DNA of 64,000 nt, from positions 2,752,001 through 2,816,000 of the forward strand of contig OZ220089.1 in assembly GCA_964291625.2 (NCBI GenBank), in the 5' to 3' direction. The translations under genes were made by a program, and so were the position numbers. This document shows, one piece after another, positions 1 through 8,882 of this stretch. The stretch comes from Candidatus Latescibacterota bacterium (GTDB taxonomy: Bacteria; Latescibacterota; UBA2968; UBA8231). The number at the start of each line of letters is the position of its first letter. Within the stretch, counting starts at the first letter, position 1. The notes below the pieces were generated by a model, which saw only the letters and a list, made by a program, of their open reading frames with translations, was not told where the DNA came from and searched no databases.

Positions 1-2694
1 GCACTGGCCGTTGCAGAAGTCCAGGGCGTGCAGCATTTCGGCGTCGCCGTTGACGACGACGTTGGGATTGTGGGTGACCACGACGATCTGTCGGCGGCGC
101 TTGTTCTCCCGTATCTGCCGCACCACCAGGTCGTAGATCAGGTGGTTGTCGAGGTCGTCTTCGGGTTGGTCCAGCACCAGGGGTTCGTCGCCGTGGGCCA
201 GCAGGAAGGCGAGCATGGCGGCCGCGCGCTGCCCCGCCGAAGCCTGGCTGATGGGGCGGAAACCGGCGCCGTCGCCCCGGGGGCTGTACTCCACTCGCAG
301 GGCGTCTTCCGGGAACCAGGCGAGCAGGCCGTCCAGCAGGGTGGGTGAGCGTTCGGTCTCGCGTTCGAGGTAGTTGCTGAAGGCGCCCCCGAAACGGCCG
401 TCGCCTCCCGCGCTTGCCGTCTGGACACGCTCCTTCCATTGCGCGATGCGCTGTTCCATCTGCCGACCGTGCTCGTCGGCGGACTCTGGAAGGTCCGCCA
501 GCAAGTCCACGACACTCCCCCTGAGAGTGCCCCCATCGTCGGCCAGGATGTCGCTCTGGAAGCGGTTGTCGATCACGTTGAGGGCCTCCCGCATGGAGCG
601 CTCAACGACGCGGGCCTCGTCGCCATATGGCCGTATCGAGATGCGCACGAACCGGTTCCCGGCAAGAGCCTGGGCGAGAAACGCCGCGCGTGCGGCCGTC
701 ACGGCGCGGCGGCAATCGAGGACGCGCTCCAGGCTCTCCCGAGCCTGCGCGGCCAGCCGGTCGCGCTCTTCCGCCAACGAGTCCAGATTGGCCAGTTCGC
801 CTTCGAGCCGCTGGCGGTCCTGGATCAGGCGGCCGTATTCGCTCGGATCCTCGACGCCCTCGGCCCGAAGGTCGCGGATGAGCGTGTCATAGTCATCCTC
901 GGCCTGCTGCGCCGCCGCAGTCCAGGTGCTGTCTGCGAGTGCCCGCCGTTGCGCAGCCAGCGCCTCACTCAGACGCGCGGCCACCCTGGGCAAGTCCTGA
1001 CGGGCGGCTTCGACCGAAGAGGCCAGGCCGGCAATGATCGCCGCGGCGGCGGCATCCTCCGGTGAGTCGTCGAAGGTCCCGGCCGGCAGGTCCTCGGGCA
1101 GCAACTCTTCGGCGCGGGATTCGATTCGCCCGGCGATCTCCTCGGCGGCCTCGAACTGCCGCTCGAGCTCCCGACGCTGCTTGCGCCGGCGCTGGTAGGC
1201 CGCAAGAACGGCCTGGTGGCTCGCCTCCTCGAAGCGGCTGAGCTTGCGGTGGGTGTCCTGCCGTTCCACTTCCAGACCATCCCGAACCTGCAGCTGCGTC
1301 TCGAGTTCCCGCACCCGAGCCCGCAGCGTCCGGAAGGCGCTGACGGCTTCGGCGAGCTTCCGCATCGGACCGCTCGTATCCGCCGCATCGTCGATCACGC
1401 CGAGCAGCGCCTGCTGGTTGTCGCCGGCCAGTTCGGCGATCTGCCCCTGGTTGAAGATGCGCAAGGGAAAGCGTTGGCTGTCTACGCTCTGAACCGGCGA
1501 CTCCTGCCAGGCAGCGCCGGCATCCTCCTCCACGACAACACCCTTGGCCTCCTGGCGCCAGTGGACGCGATGCCGCACTCCGTCTCGGACCACGGTCCAC
1601 GTGATCGCGGTCGAAGCCCGCAGGCCGCCGTCCTCGCTCCGCTGCGAAGGCAGGCGGTCGAAACGCTCGAAGGTCCGCCGCACCGGACTGTGGGGGTCCA
1701 GACGGGTCAGGTCCGTGTGGCGCCTCGACGCGAGCCTGAGAGCATGGACCACCGTGGACTTGCCGGTTCCGCGTCCGCCGACCAGGGCGTTGAGCCAGGG
1801 ACTGAACTCGATCCGGGCGGGTTCGCCGCGTCCCATGAAGCGGGCATCGCCGATCTCGATCGATTCGATGAAATGAGCCGGCAGCCCGTTCGGATCGAAG
1901 GGGTCGGAGTCGTCGCTGCGCCGGATGGAAAAGCCGGGTCCGTCGAGCAGAGCCAGACGGAGTCCCTCCAGGGAGGGCACGGACATCTTCACCCAGGTGG
2001 AGTGGGAGCCGGGGATCCGCTCTCCCGACGCAGGAGCCGGGTGATGAGAGTCCGATCCGAGCACTTCGGCCCATGCGAGTTGGCGCTGCCGGTAGAGTTC
2101 GGGCGGGTCGGAGGCCGGATCGATGACCTCCATGGCGAACAGGTCGGAGCAATCGAGCAGGGGGCCGAGGCTGCTTCCGGGCAACTCCCAGGCACCCGAG
2201 GGGCCGTCTACGTGTGCGGGAATCACGATGGCTCCGCTCTCCGCGGTGGCCTTCACGACTTCAATGACCGACGCATCGGCGGCCCGGTCGCCTTGCCCGC
2301 GCACACCCTTGTATCGGACCGCCCCGAGGAGCCCGTTGATTTCCGCGGATCCCTTCGCCCTGTCGAAGAGGGCGAGCAGGTGAATGCCGGCGTTGGCCGT
2401 GATCTCGACGCCGGGGAAGAGATAGAGCGGACGATAGCCGGGGTGGTCCTGGAGTCCCTTCAGCGCCTCTTTCAGCTTGTCGATCCACTCCCCGGAGTTA
2501 TGGTCCGTAACCGCCAAGCAGTCCACCTCGGCCCGCATGAAGCCGAGCAGCCAGTCTTCCGGTGTGATCTGCCGCTGGGAACCCTGGTCTTCTCCTTTGC
2601 CGTAGTCAGCAGATGCGGGCGTATGGGTGTGGAGATCGAACTTCCACCACCGTGCCCCAGGGTAGGGCCACTCATGTCCGGTGCTGATGGTCAT
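1..2694 (-). CDS. PHP-domain + ABC/SMC-type ATPase (Ppl / TrlF-like putative anti-phage protein), 3' end beyond window edge
   Basis: Not in the ORF track because it has no stop in the window. Manual translation from ATG 2694: MTISTGHEWPYPGARWWKFDLHTHTPAS..AVTDHN..PAH..GSDSH..TWVKMSVPSLEGLRLALLDG (PHP motifs); Walker A NALVGGRGTGKST; signature SAGQRAAAML; Walker B/D-loop PLVLDQPEDDLD; H-loop VVTHNPN. Confidence 0.88.
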   Translation of the reverse strand, partial: MTISTGHEWPYPGARWWKFDLHTHTPASADYGKGEDQGSQRQITPEDWLLGFMRAEVDCLAVTDHNSGEWIDKLKEALKGLQDHPGYRPLYLFPGVEITANAGIHLLALFDRAKGSAEINGLLGAVRYKGVRGQGDRAADASVIEVVKATAESGAIVIPAHVDGPSGAWELPGSSLGPLLDCSDLFAMEVIDPASDPPELYRQRQLAWAEVLGSDSHHPAPASGERIPGSHSTWVKMSVPSLEGLRLALLDGPGFSIRRSDDSDPFDPNGLPAHFIESIEIGDARFMGRGEPARIEFSPWLNALVGGRGTGKSTVVHALRLASRRHTDLTRLDPHSPVRRTFERFDRLPSQRSEDGGLRASTAITWTVVRDGVRHRVHWRQEAKGVVVEEDAGAAWQESPVQSVDSQRFPLRIFNQGQIAELAGDNQQALLGVIDDAADTSGPMRKLAEAVSAFRTLRARVRELETQLQVRDGLEVERQDTHRKLSRFEEASHQAVLAAYQRRRKQRRELERQFEAAEEIAGRIESRAEELLPEDLPAGTFDDSPEDAAAAAIIAGLASSVEAARQDLPRVAARLSEALAAQRRALADSTWTAAAQQAEDDYDTLIRDLRAEGVEDPSEYGRLIQDRQRLEGELANLDSLAEERDRLAAQARESLERVLDCRRAVTAARAAFLAQALAGNRFVRISIRPYGDEARVVERSMREALNVIDNRFQSDILADDGGTLRGSVVDLLADLPESADEHGRQMEQRIAQWKERVQTASAGGDGRFGGAFSNYLERETERSPTLLDGLLAWFPEDALRVEYSPRGDGAGFRPISQASAGQRAAAMLAFLLAHGDEPLVLDQPEDDLDNHLIYDLVVRQIRENKRRRQIVVVTHNPNVVVNGDAEMLHALDFCNGQC

Positions 2695-3038
2695 GGCTGC
2701 TTTGCCTCTGGTTGGTTGCGGCACGTCTGCTCTCGGCATGACTGCCCGGCAATCCTGAAGGTAATTGTGCGCACGATTCCGGGCTCATTTCGCACGATTC
2801 TTGGGCACGTCCAGGGTAGCGTCCGTGCGGAAGCGTTGCTTCAACAAGCCCAGGCCGGGACGTCATCGAACGCCAGGTGGCAGCCGTTCCGGTCATGCTG
2901 TAATGATGGCGAGACAGTCCCGATTGGGCGAGCAGAGGAGCAGGCACTGTGACCATGCAGGAGATCGACGTGCTCATCGACGGCTCGGATTCCGGAAGCC
3001 GTTGCTTTAGGTTTGCCAGCTCTGGCCCATCCTCTGCG

Positions 3039-3782
3039 ATGAACACCATGCCCACCCGCAACAAAGCCGAACTGCAAGCCCACCTCGAAGCCCTCGGCGT
3101 TAAACAGGGCGACACCCTCTTCGTCCACTCCTCCTTCAAGAGCCTGGGCCCGGTCGCCGGCGGGGCGGGCACAGCGGTCGACGCCCTGCAGGCCGCCATC
3201 GGCCCCGGGGGTCTGCTCCTCATGCCCTCCTTCCACCTCGTGAAGCGCGAGGACCGGGCGCGGCTCTGGGACCATGCGGCGACGCCCTCCACCGTGGGGT
3301 GGCTCACCGAGTACTTCCGCCGCATGCCCGACACCCACCGCTCCGACCACTACTCGCACTCGGTGGCCGCCAGGGGCCCCGGCGCCGAGGATTTCGTCGC
3401 CGGCCACCTCAGCCAGGAGGGCCCGCCCTCCTCCTGGGACCGGCTTCCCTGGGGCCGGACCTACGGCACCCACTCGCCTATGTACCGCGCCTACCGCCGC
3501 GGAGGAAGGCTGCTCATGCTCGGCGTCGACTACGAGACCTCCACCTACGTCCACTTCGTGGAGGTCCTCTACTGGGACCACCTGCGGCGAACGGACCCGC
3601 ACGCCCCCCAGCCCCGCCTGGACCGCCCCCGGATCGGGGCCTGGTGGGACGACCACGGCCGGCCGGCCCGGGGGCTGGTGGGCGACTCCCCGTCCCGCCT
3701 CTTCGGCATCGACGCCTACGTCGACGCCCTGCTGGCCGAGGTCGTCGCCGCGCCCGGCCGCTACCTGGCGGCTCCGCGATGA
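3039..3782 (+). CDS. AAC(3)/YokD-family N-acetyltransferase
   Basis: LGVKQGDTLFVHSSFKSLG, LLMPSF, TPSTVGWLTEYFRR, RSDHYSHSVAARG and LLMLGVDYETSTYVHFVE motifs; start re-called at ATG 3039. Confidence 0.8.
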   Translation: MNTMPTRNKAELQAHLEALGVKQGDTLFVHSSFKSLGPVAGGAGTAVDALQAAIGPGGLLLMPSFHLVKREDRARLWDHAATPSTVGWLTEYFRRMPDTHRSDHYSHSVAARGPGAEDFVAGHLSQEGPPSSWDRLPWGRTYGTHSPMYRAYRRGGRLLMLGVDYETSTYVHFVEVLYWDHLRRTDPHAPQPRLDRPRIGAWWDDHGRPARGLVGDSPSRLFGIDAYVDALLAEVVAAPGRYLAAPR

Positions 3783-4567
3783 ACGGCCCCCTGCGCGTCC
3801 CCATCCTGGTCTACCACCACGTCTATCCGCAGGGCGCGCCGGAGCTGGATCCGGCGGCCGACGGGGCCGGCATCCTCGGCGAGGCGGAGTTCAGCCGGCA
3901 GATGCTCCACCTTGTCGGCAGGGGCTGGACCGTGGTCTCCACGTCGAGCATCGCGGACTGGCTCGCGGGCGAGGCGGAGCTGCCGGCGCGCTCCGTGGCC
4001 CTGCACTTCGACAACGGCTGGCTGGACACCCTCGAGGTCGCCTTGCCGCTGTTGCAGGAGCTGGGCATGACGGCGACCTGCTTCCCCATCACCGACGGCA
4101 TCGAGGCCGCCTCCCGGGGCGGCAGCGCCGCCGTGCGCACCCTGACCGAGGGCGTGGTGGAGAAGCCCTTCATGACCTGGGGGGACCTGCGGCGGCTGCT
4201 GGCCGCCGGCTGGGAGATCGGCGGCCACACGGCCACCCACTGCAAGATGGCGGAGAAGATCGAGGCCGAGGGCGAGGCCGGCGTCGTCGAGGAGGTGCGG
4301 TCCTCCCACGCCCTCATGGAGAGGCACCTCGGCGGGGCGCCCGTCCACTTCGCCTACCCCAGCGGATCGCGGACGGAAGAGACCGACCGCATACTGGCGG
4401 GGTACTACCGGACGCTGCGGCTGTGGCACGTGGAGTGGCCGGTGCGCTGGACCTTCACGGACCGCGGCACCTCGCCGCTGGCCGCCGACTGTCAGAACAT
4501 CGACCGCAGGATCGGCTTCGGAGATTTCGCGCGGATCTTCGAGGAGGCCGAGGCGGCCCCCGCGTGA
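3779..4567 (+). CDS. polysaccharide deacetylase (NodB/CE4 family)
   Basis: PILVYHHV, ALHFDNGW, WEIGGHTATH and FAYPSG motifs; ATGA overlap with upstream gene. Confidence 0.82.
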   Translation: MNGPLRVPILVYHHVYPQGAPELDPAADGAGILGEAEFSRQMLHLVGRGWTVVSTSSIADWLAGEAELPARSVALHFDNGWLDTLEVALPLLQELGMTATCFPITDGIEAASRGGSAAVRTLTEGVVEKPFMTWGDLRRLLAAGWEIGGHTATHCKMAEKIEAEGEAGVVEEVRSSHALMERHLGGAPVHFAYPSGSRTEETDRILAGYYRTLRLWHVEWPVRWTFTDRGTSPLAADCQNIDRRIGFGDFARIFEEAEAAPA

Positions 4568-4592
4568 GCCCCCGGGCAAGGGGCCGACTCCC

Positions 4593-5318
4593 TCAGGCCA
4601 GCCGCTCGGCGTCGTCCTCGGGCGCGTAGCCGAGCTCGGCGCGGGCGTTCTCCGTGTCCCAGTAGGCGCGCTGGTTGCCCGAGATCCCGTAGTAGATCCC
4701 GAACCTCACGTCCTCCGCCTCCACCGACCGCCAGCAGAGCTGCACGGCGTCGCGGTGACTCAGCCAGGTCGACAGGATGCGGTCGCTGCCGCGGTCGGTG
4801 ACCGCCTCCTCCGGCTGGAAGGAGCCGATGCGCAGGCAGATCACGGCGAGGCCGAAGTGGTCGGCGTAGTAGCGGCCCAGGGCCTCGCCGTGGGCCTTGC
4901 TGGCGCCGTAGAAGCTGTCGGGGCGCACGGGCATGTCGGGATCGGTGGGGATGCCCTCCTTCTCGTACATGCCGGTCACGTGGTTGGTGCTGGCGAAGAC
5001 GACGCGGCCGCAGCCGCGGCGCACGCAGGCCTCGTAGAGGCAGTAGGTGCCGAGGCTGTTCTGGCGGTGGCAGTCCATGAACGAGGCGCCCACCTCCGGG
5101 TTTCCGGCCATGTGGATCACGGCGTCGCAGCCGTCCACGACCTCCTCCATCTTGTCGAGGTCGGTGATGTCGGAGACGAAGACCTCCTCGCCGTCGCGGG
5201 CCGGCAGCACCGTCCGGTTGTAGAGCAGGCGCAGGTCGTAGCGGTCCTTCAGACCCTCGCGCAGCACCCGGCCGATGCGCCCCGCCGCGCCCGTGATCAG
5301 CACCTTCCGCTTCGCCAT
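4593..5318 (-). CDS. NAD-dependent epimerase/dehydratase family (uronate dehydrogenase-like)
   Basis: VLITGAAGRIG, VVFASTNH, PDSFYGASK, CLRIGSF and WLSHRD motifs. Confidence 0.85.
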   Translation of the reverse strand: MAKRKVLITGAAGRIGRVLREGLKDRYDLRLLYNRTVLPARDGEEVFVSDITDLDKMEEVVDGCDAVIHMAGNPEVGASFMDCHRQNSLGTYCLYEACVRRGCGRVVFASTNHVTGMYEKEGIPTDPDMPVRPDSFYGASKAHGEALGRYYADHFGLAVICLRIGSFQPEEAVTDRGSDRILSTWLSHRDAVQLCWRSVEAEDVRFGIYYGISGNQRAYWDTENARAELGYAPEDDAERLA

Positions 5319-5343
5319 ATCCTCCTCCGCGGCGCCTCGCCGC

Positions 5344-5373
5344 TTGACCTTTCCGGGGGTCGCGGCGTATTGT
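5344..5373 (+). promoter_or_regulatory. putative sigma70 promoter of the GT2/sugar transferase operon
   Basis: TTGACC-N18-TATTGT in an AT-enriched divergent intergenic region. Confidence 0.35.
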
Positions 5374-5428
5374 CAAGAACTGACGTAATCGTGTCAAATT
5401 ACAACCACTTCCCTCAATTCGACCCACC

Positions 5429-6589
5429 TTGATTCTCGCCTTCTGGGCCGCGGCGGGACTGGTCCTCTACACCTACCTGGGATACCCCCTGCTGCTCTGG
5501 GTGCTGACCCTCGGCCGCGGCCGCGGCCAGCGGGTCCCGGGACCGCCGGAGCCGCCTTCGGTCAGCCTCGTCGTCACCGCCTACAACGAGCAGGCGGTCC
5601 TGCGCGACAAGCTCGACAACACCTTCGCCCTCGACTATCCCGCCGATCGCCTGCAGGTGGTGGTCGTCTCCGACGGTTCGACGGACGCCACCGACGAGGT
5701 GGCCCGGTCCTACGAGGGCCGGCCGGGGTACGTCTTCCTCCGGCAGGAGCCCAACGCCGGCAAGACCGCCGCCCAGAACGCGGCCGTGCGCGCCGCCACC
5801 GGCGAGGTCCTCGTGTTCTCCGACGCCAACAGCATGTACGCCCCCGACGCGCTGCGGCAGCTGGTGGCGCGGCTCACGGATGATGTCGGCTGCGTCTGCG
5901 GCGAGCTGCGCTACACCAACCCCGACCGCGCCGGGGCCGGCGAGGGCGAGGGCTACTACTGGCGCTACGAGCAGTTCCTCAAGCGGCGCGAGAGCCTCCT
6001 CGGCGCCCTGGTCGGCGCCAACGGCTCGATCTACGCCCTGCGCCGGGAGCTGTTCGAGGAGCTGGATTCCCGGATCATCTCGGACTTCATCCTGCCCATC
6101 CGCCTGCGCCGCCGCGGGCACCGCGTCATCTACGCTCCGGCAGCGGTGGCCGTGGAGGAGAGCGGCCGCGGCTTCGGCCAGGAGCTCCAACGCCGCCGGC
6201 GGATCGTCGCCCGGTCGCTCTACGGCCTGTGGCGCGAGGCCGGCGCCCTCAACCCCTTCGCCCACCCCCTGCTCGCCTTCCAGATCCTCTCCCACAAGGT
6301 GGTGCGCTGGCTGGTGCCGATCCTGCTCATGGTGCTGCTGGGGTCCAGCGCCGCCGTCACCGCGGCCCAGGGCGAGCCCTACCGGACGCTGCTGGCGGCC
6401 CAGATCGTCCTCTACGGGCTGGGCCTGCTCGGCGGCCTGTTCCCGCGCGGCTGCGGACGCCTGGGCCTGTTCTACCTGCCGGCCTACTTCTGCGCCATCA
6501 ACATCGGGGCCCTCCTCGGGCTCCTCGGCGCCCTGCGGGGGCAGCGCCACACCGTGTGGAAGCCGGTGACGCGCCCCGACGCGGACTGA
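5429..6589 (+). CDS. glycosyltransferase family 2 (membrane, CESA-like)
   Basis: VSLVVTAYNE, VSDGSTD, GKTAAQN, FSDANS, GANGSIYA and RRRR motif; N- and C-terminal TM segments. Confidence 0.88.
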   Translation: MILAFWAAAGLVLYTYLGYPLLLWVLTLGRGRGQRVPGPPEPPSVSLVVTAYNEQAVLRDKLDNTFALDYPADRLQVVVVSDGSTDATDEVARSYEGRPGYVFLRQEPNAGKTAAQNAAVRAATGEVLVFSDANSMYAPDALRQLVARLTDDVGCVCGELRYTNPDRAGAGEGEGYYWRYEQFLKRRESLLGALVGANGSIYALRRELFEELDSRIISDFILPIRLRRRGHRVIYAPAAVAVEESGRGFGQELQRRRRIVARSLYGLWREAGALNPFAHPLLAFQILSHKVVRWLVPILLMVLLGSSAAVTAAQGEPYRTLLAAQIVLYGLGLLGGLFPRGCGRLGLFYLPAYFCAINIGALLGLLGALRGQRHTVWKPVTRPDAD

Positions 6590-6591
6590 TC

Positions 6592-8061
6592 TTGTCGCAG
6601 CCCTGGGTCACCCTGCTCCTGGTCGTCTCCGACTTCCTGGCCGTCAACCTGGGGACGGCGGCCCTGCTGTGGATGAAGCACGCCGGCGGCACCCTCTCCT
6701 CGGTGGAGCTCGCCTGGAGAGAGCGGCACCCCGGGGCCGCCGGCGAGGCCCCCTTCTCCTTCGCCCTCGAGTTCTACCTCTACGACGCCCTGCCCCTGAT
6801 CTGCCTGGGCTGGCTGGTGCTCTTCGTCTTCAACGGGCTCTACAGACTGGGCCCGACGACCTCCCGCTTCGACGAGGCGGTGCGCGTCTTCCGCGTCGTC
6901 ACCCTCGGCGTGGTGCTGCTCTTCATCATCACCTTCGACCTGCGCGGCGGCTTCACCTTCACCCGCGCCCTCATGGCCTCCTACTGGATCGTCCTGATCG
7001 TGCTGGTGGCGACCGGGCGGATCAGCCTGCGCAGCCTGCAGATGCGGCTGCTGGCCGCGGGCGTCGGCCGCAGCAACACCGTGATCGTCGGCACCGACGA
7101 GCGCGGCCACCGCCTGCTGCAGGCCCTCGACGCGTCGCCCGCCCAGGGCTACGAGGTCATCGGATTCGTGCGCGCCCCCGGCGAAGCGGTGGTGGCCGAG
7201 GTGGGCGGGCTGCCCGTCCTCGGCGAGGTCGAGGACCTGGGCCGCATCGTCGGCGGCCAGGGGGTGAAGGCGGTCCTCATCGCCCTGCGCTCCAACAGCC
7301 ACGAGGAGGTCCTGCGCATCGTCGACGCCGCCGGCGGCGCCGCATCGCCCGTCGCCTTCGGGATCACCCCCGACCTCTACGACATCGTCACCGGCCACGT
7401 GCGCACGCAGCAGATCTACGGCGTGCCCCTCATGGAGCTGCGGCCGCAGCTCATGCCGCCTTGGGAGAGCGCCGTCAAGCGGCTCCTGGACGTGGCCGCC
7501 GCGGTCCTCGTCCTCGGAGGGCTGGCCCCCGTGTGGATCCTGGTGGCGGCGGCGATCAAGCTCGACTCGCGCGGGCCCGTCCTGTTCCGCCAGGAGCGGG
7601 TCGGCCGCGACGGCCGGGTCTTCACCATGTACAAGTTCCGCTCCATGGTGGAGGAGGCCGAGGAGGGCACCGGTCCGGTGTGGGTCAAGGGGGCGGACCC
7701 GCGGGTGACCCGGATGGGCCGTCTGCTGCGGGGCCTGCACCTGGACGAGATCCCCCAGTGCCTGAACTTCCTGCGCGGCGACATGAGCCTGGTGGGACCG
7801 CGGCCCGAGCGGCCCTACTTCGTGGAGAAGTTCCGCGCCGGGATCCCCTTCTACATGCGCCGTTTCAACGTCAAGCCGGGGCTTCTCGGCTGGGCCCAGT
7901 CGAAGCACGAGTTCGACATGGACTCGACGGACCTGGAGCGCATCGCCGCCGAGCGCCTGGAGTACGACCTCTACTACATCGAGAACGCGTCGCTCATGCT
8001 GGACTTCAAGATCATGCTGCGGACCATCTGGTTCGTGCTGGCCGGCAAGAGCACGAGGTGA
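6592..8061 (+). CDS. polyprenyl-phosphate glycosylphosphotransferase (WcaJ/WbaP-like sugar transferase)
   Basis: 4 TM helices, CoA-binding-like domain, then KRLLDV, FRQERVG, MYKFRSM, DPRVT, LDEIPQ, GDMSLVGPRPE and YDLYYIEN; TTG start inferred. Confidence 0.9.
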   Translation: MSQPWVTLLLVVSDFLAVNLGTAALLWMKHAGGTLSSVELAWRERHPGAAGEAPFSFALEFYLYDALPLICLGWLVLFVFNGLYRLGPTTSRFDEAVRVFRVVTLGVVLLFIITFDLRGGFTFTRALMASYWIVLIVLVATGRISLRSLQMRLLAAGVGRSNTVIVGTDERGHRLLQALDASPAQGYEVIGFVRAPGEAVVAEVGGLPVLGEVEDLGRIVGGQGVKAVLIALRSNSHEEVLRIVDAAGGAASPVAFGITPDLYDIVTGHVRTQQIYGVPLMELRPQLMPPWESAVKRLLDVAAAVLVLGGLAPVWILVAAAIKLDSRGPVLFRQERVGRDGRVFTMYKFRSMVEEAEEGTGPVWVKGADPRVTRMGRLLRGLHLDEIPQCLNFLRGDMSLVGPRPERPYFVEKFRAGIPFYMRRFNVKPGLLGWAQSKHEFDMDSTDLERIAAERLEYDLYYIENASLMLDFKIMLRTIWFVLAGKSTR

Positions 8062-8086
8062 GGGTCAACCAAGGAGAAGGAGCGCC

Positions 8087-8875
8087 ATGAACGACGACGA
8101 GAGATACCTATTCGACCTGAACGGCTACCTGGTGTTGCGGCAGGTCCTCGACGCCGGCGAGGTGGCGGAGATGAACGCCGCCATCGACCACCACGGGGAC
8201 GGGCTGAACGAGCGCGACGGGTCCCTGGCGGGCGGGTCTCAGGCCCTGGCCGGCACCTCCCACCGCAAGGACCTGGGCGGCATGCTGGCCTGGGAGCGGC
8301 CCTGGTGCGAGCCCTTCCGGCGGCTCCTCGTCCATCCGCGGGTCAAGCCGCTCCTGGAGGCCATCCTCGGCCGCGGCTACCGCCTCGACCACGGCCCCGG
8401 CCTGATCGCCATGGACCGCGGCTGCGAGGGCGGTACACTGCACGGCGGCGGCGTCGAGCGCGCCGACATGTCGGAGCCCTACTTCTTCAAGGCCGACCGC
8501 ATCTACACCGGCCTGACGGTGGTGGAGTACCTCCTCGCCGACGAGGGTCCGGGCGACGGCGGCGTCGCCGTGGTCCCCGGGAGCCACAAGGCCAACCTGC
8601 CGTGCCCGCGGAGCATGAAGGACTGGGAGCGCTACCAGGAGCACGTGCTGGAGGTCAACGGCAAGGCCGGCGACGCCGTGATCTTCACCGAGACCCTGAC
8701 CCACGGCACCCTGCCGTGGACGGCGGCCCACGAGCGCCGGGCCCTGCTCTACAAGTTCAGCCCCGGCTGCCTGGCCTACGGCGCCGGCGTCCACCGGGCG
8801 GAGTACCCGGACTACGTGGCCGACATGTCCGAGGAGGAGCGGGCGGTGATGGAGGCGCCCCACATCCGGGGCTAG
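8087..8875 (+). CDS. phytanoyl-CoA dioxygenase family protein
   Basis: YLFDLNGYLVL, VVPGSHK, KAGDAVIFTETLTHGT and ERRALLYKF motifs; AAGGAG RBS. Confidence 0.82.
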   Translation: MNDDERYLFDLNGYLVLRQVLDAGEVAEMNAAIDHHGDGLNERDGSLAGGSQALAGTSHRKDLGGMLAWERPWCEPFRRLLVHPRVKPLLEAILGRGYRLDHGPGLIAMDRGCEGGTLHGGGVERADMSEPYFFKADRIYTGLTVVEYLLADEGPGDGGVAVVPGSHKANLPCPRSMKDWERYQEHVLEVNGKAGDAVIFTETLTHGTLPWTAAHERRALLYKFSPGCLAYGAGVHRAEYPDYVADMSEEERAVMEAPHIRG

Positions 8876-8882
8876 CTCCTCC

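Noticed and set aside
2949-3038. MQEIDVLIDG segment, either as an N-terminal extension of the AAC(3) gene or as a remnant of an R-M gene C-terminus
   Set aside because: Too short to support homology; AAC(3) family similarity begins only after 3039.
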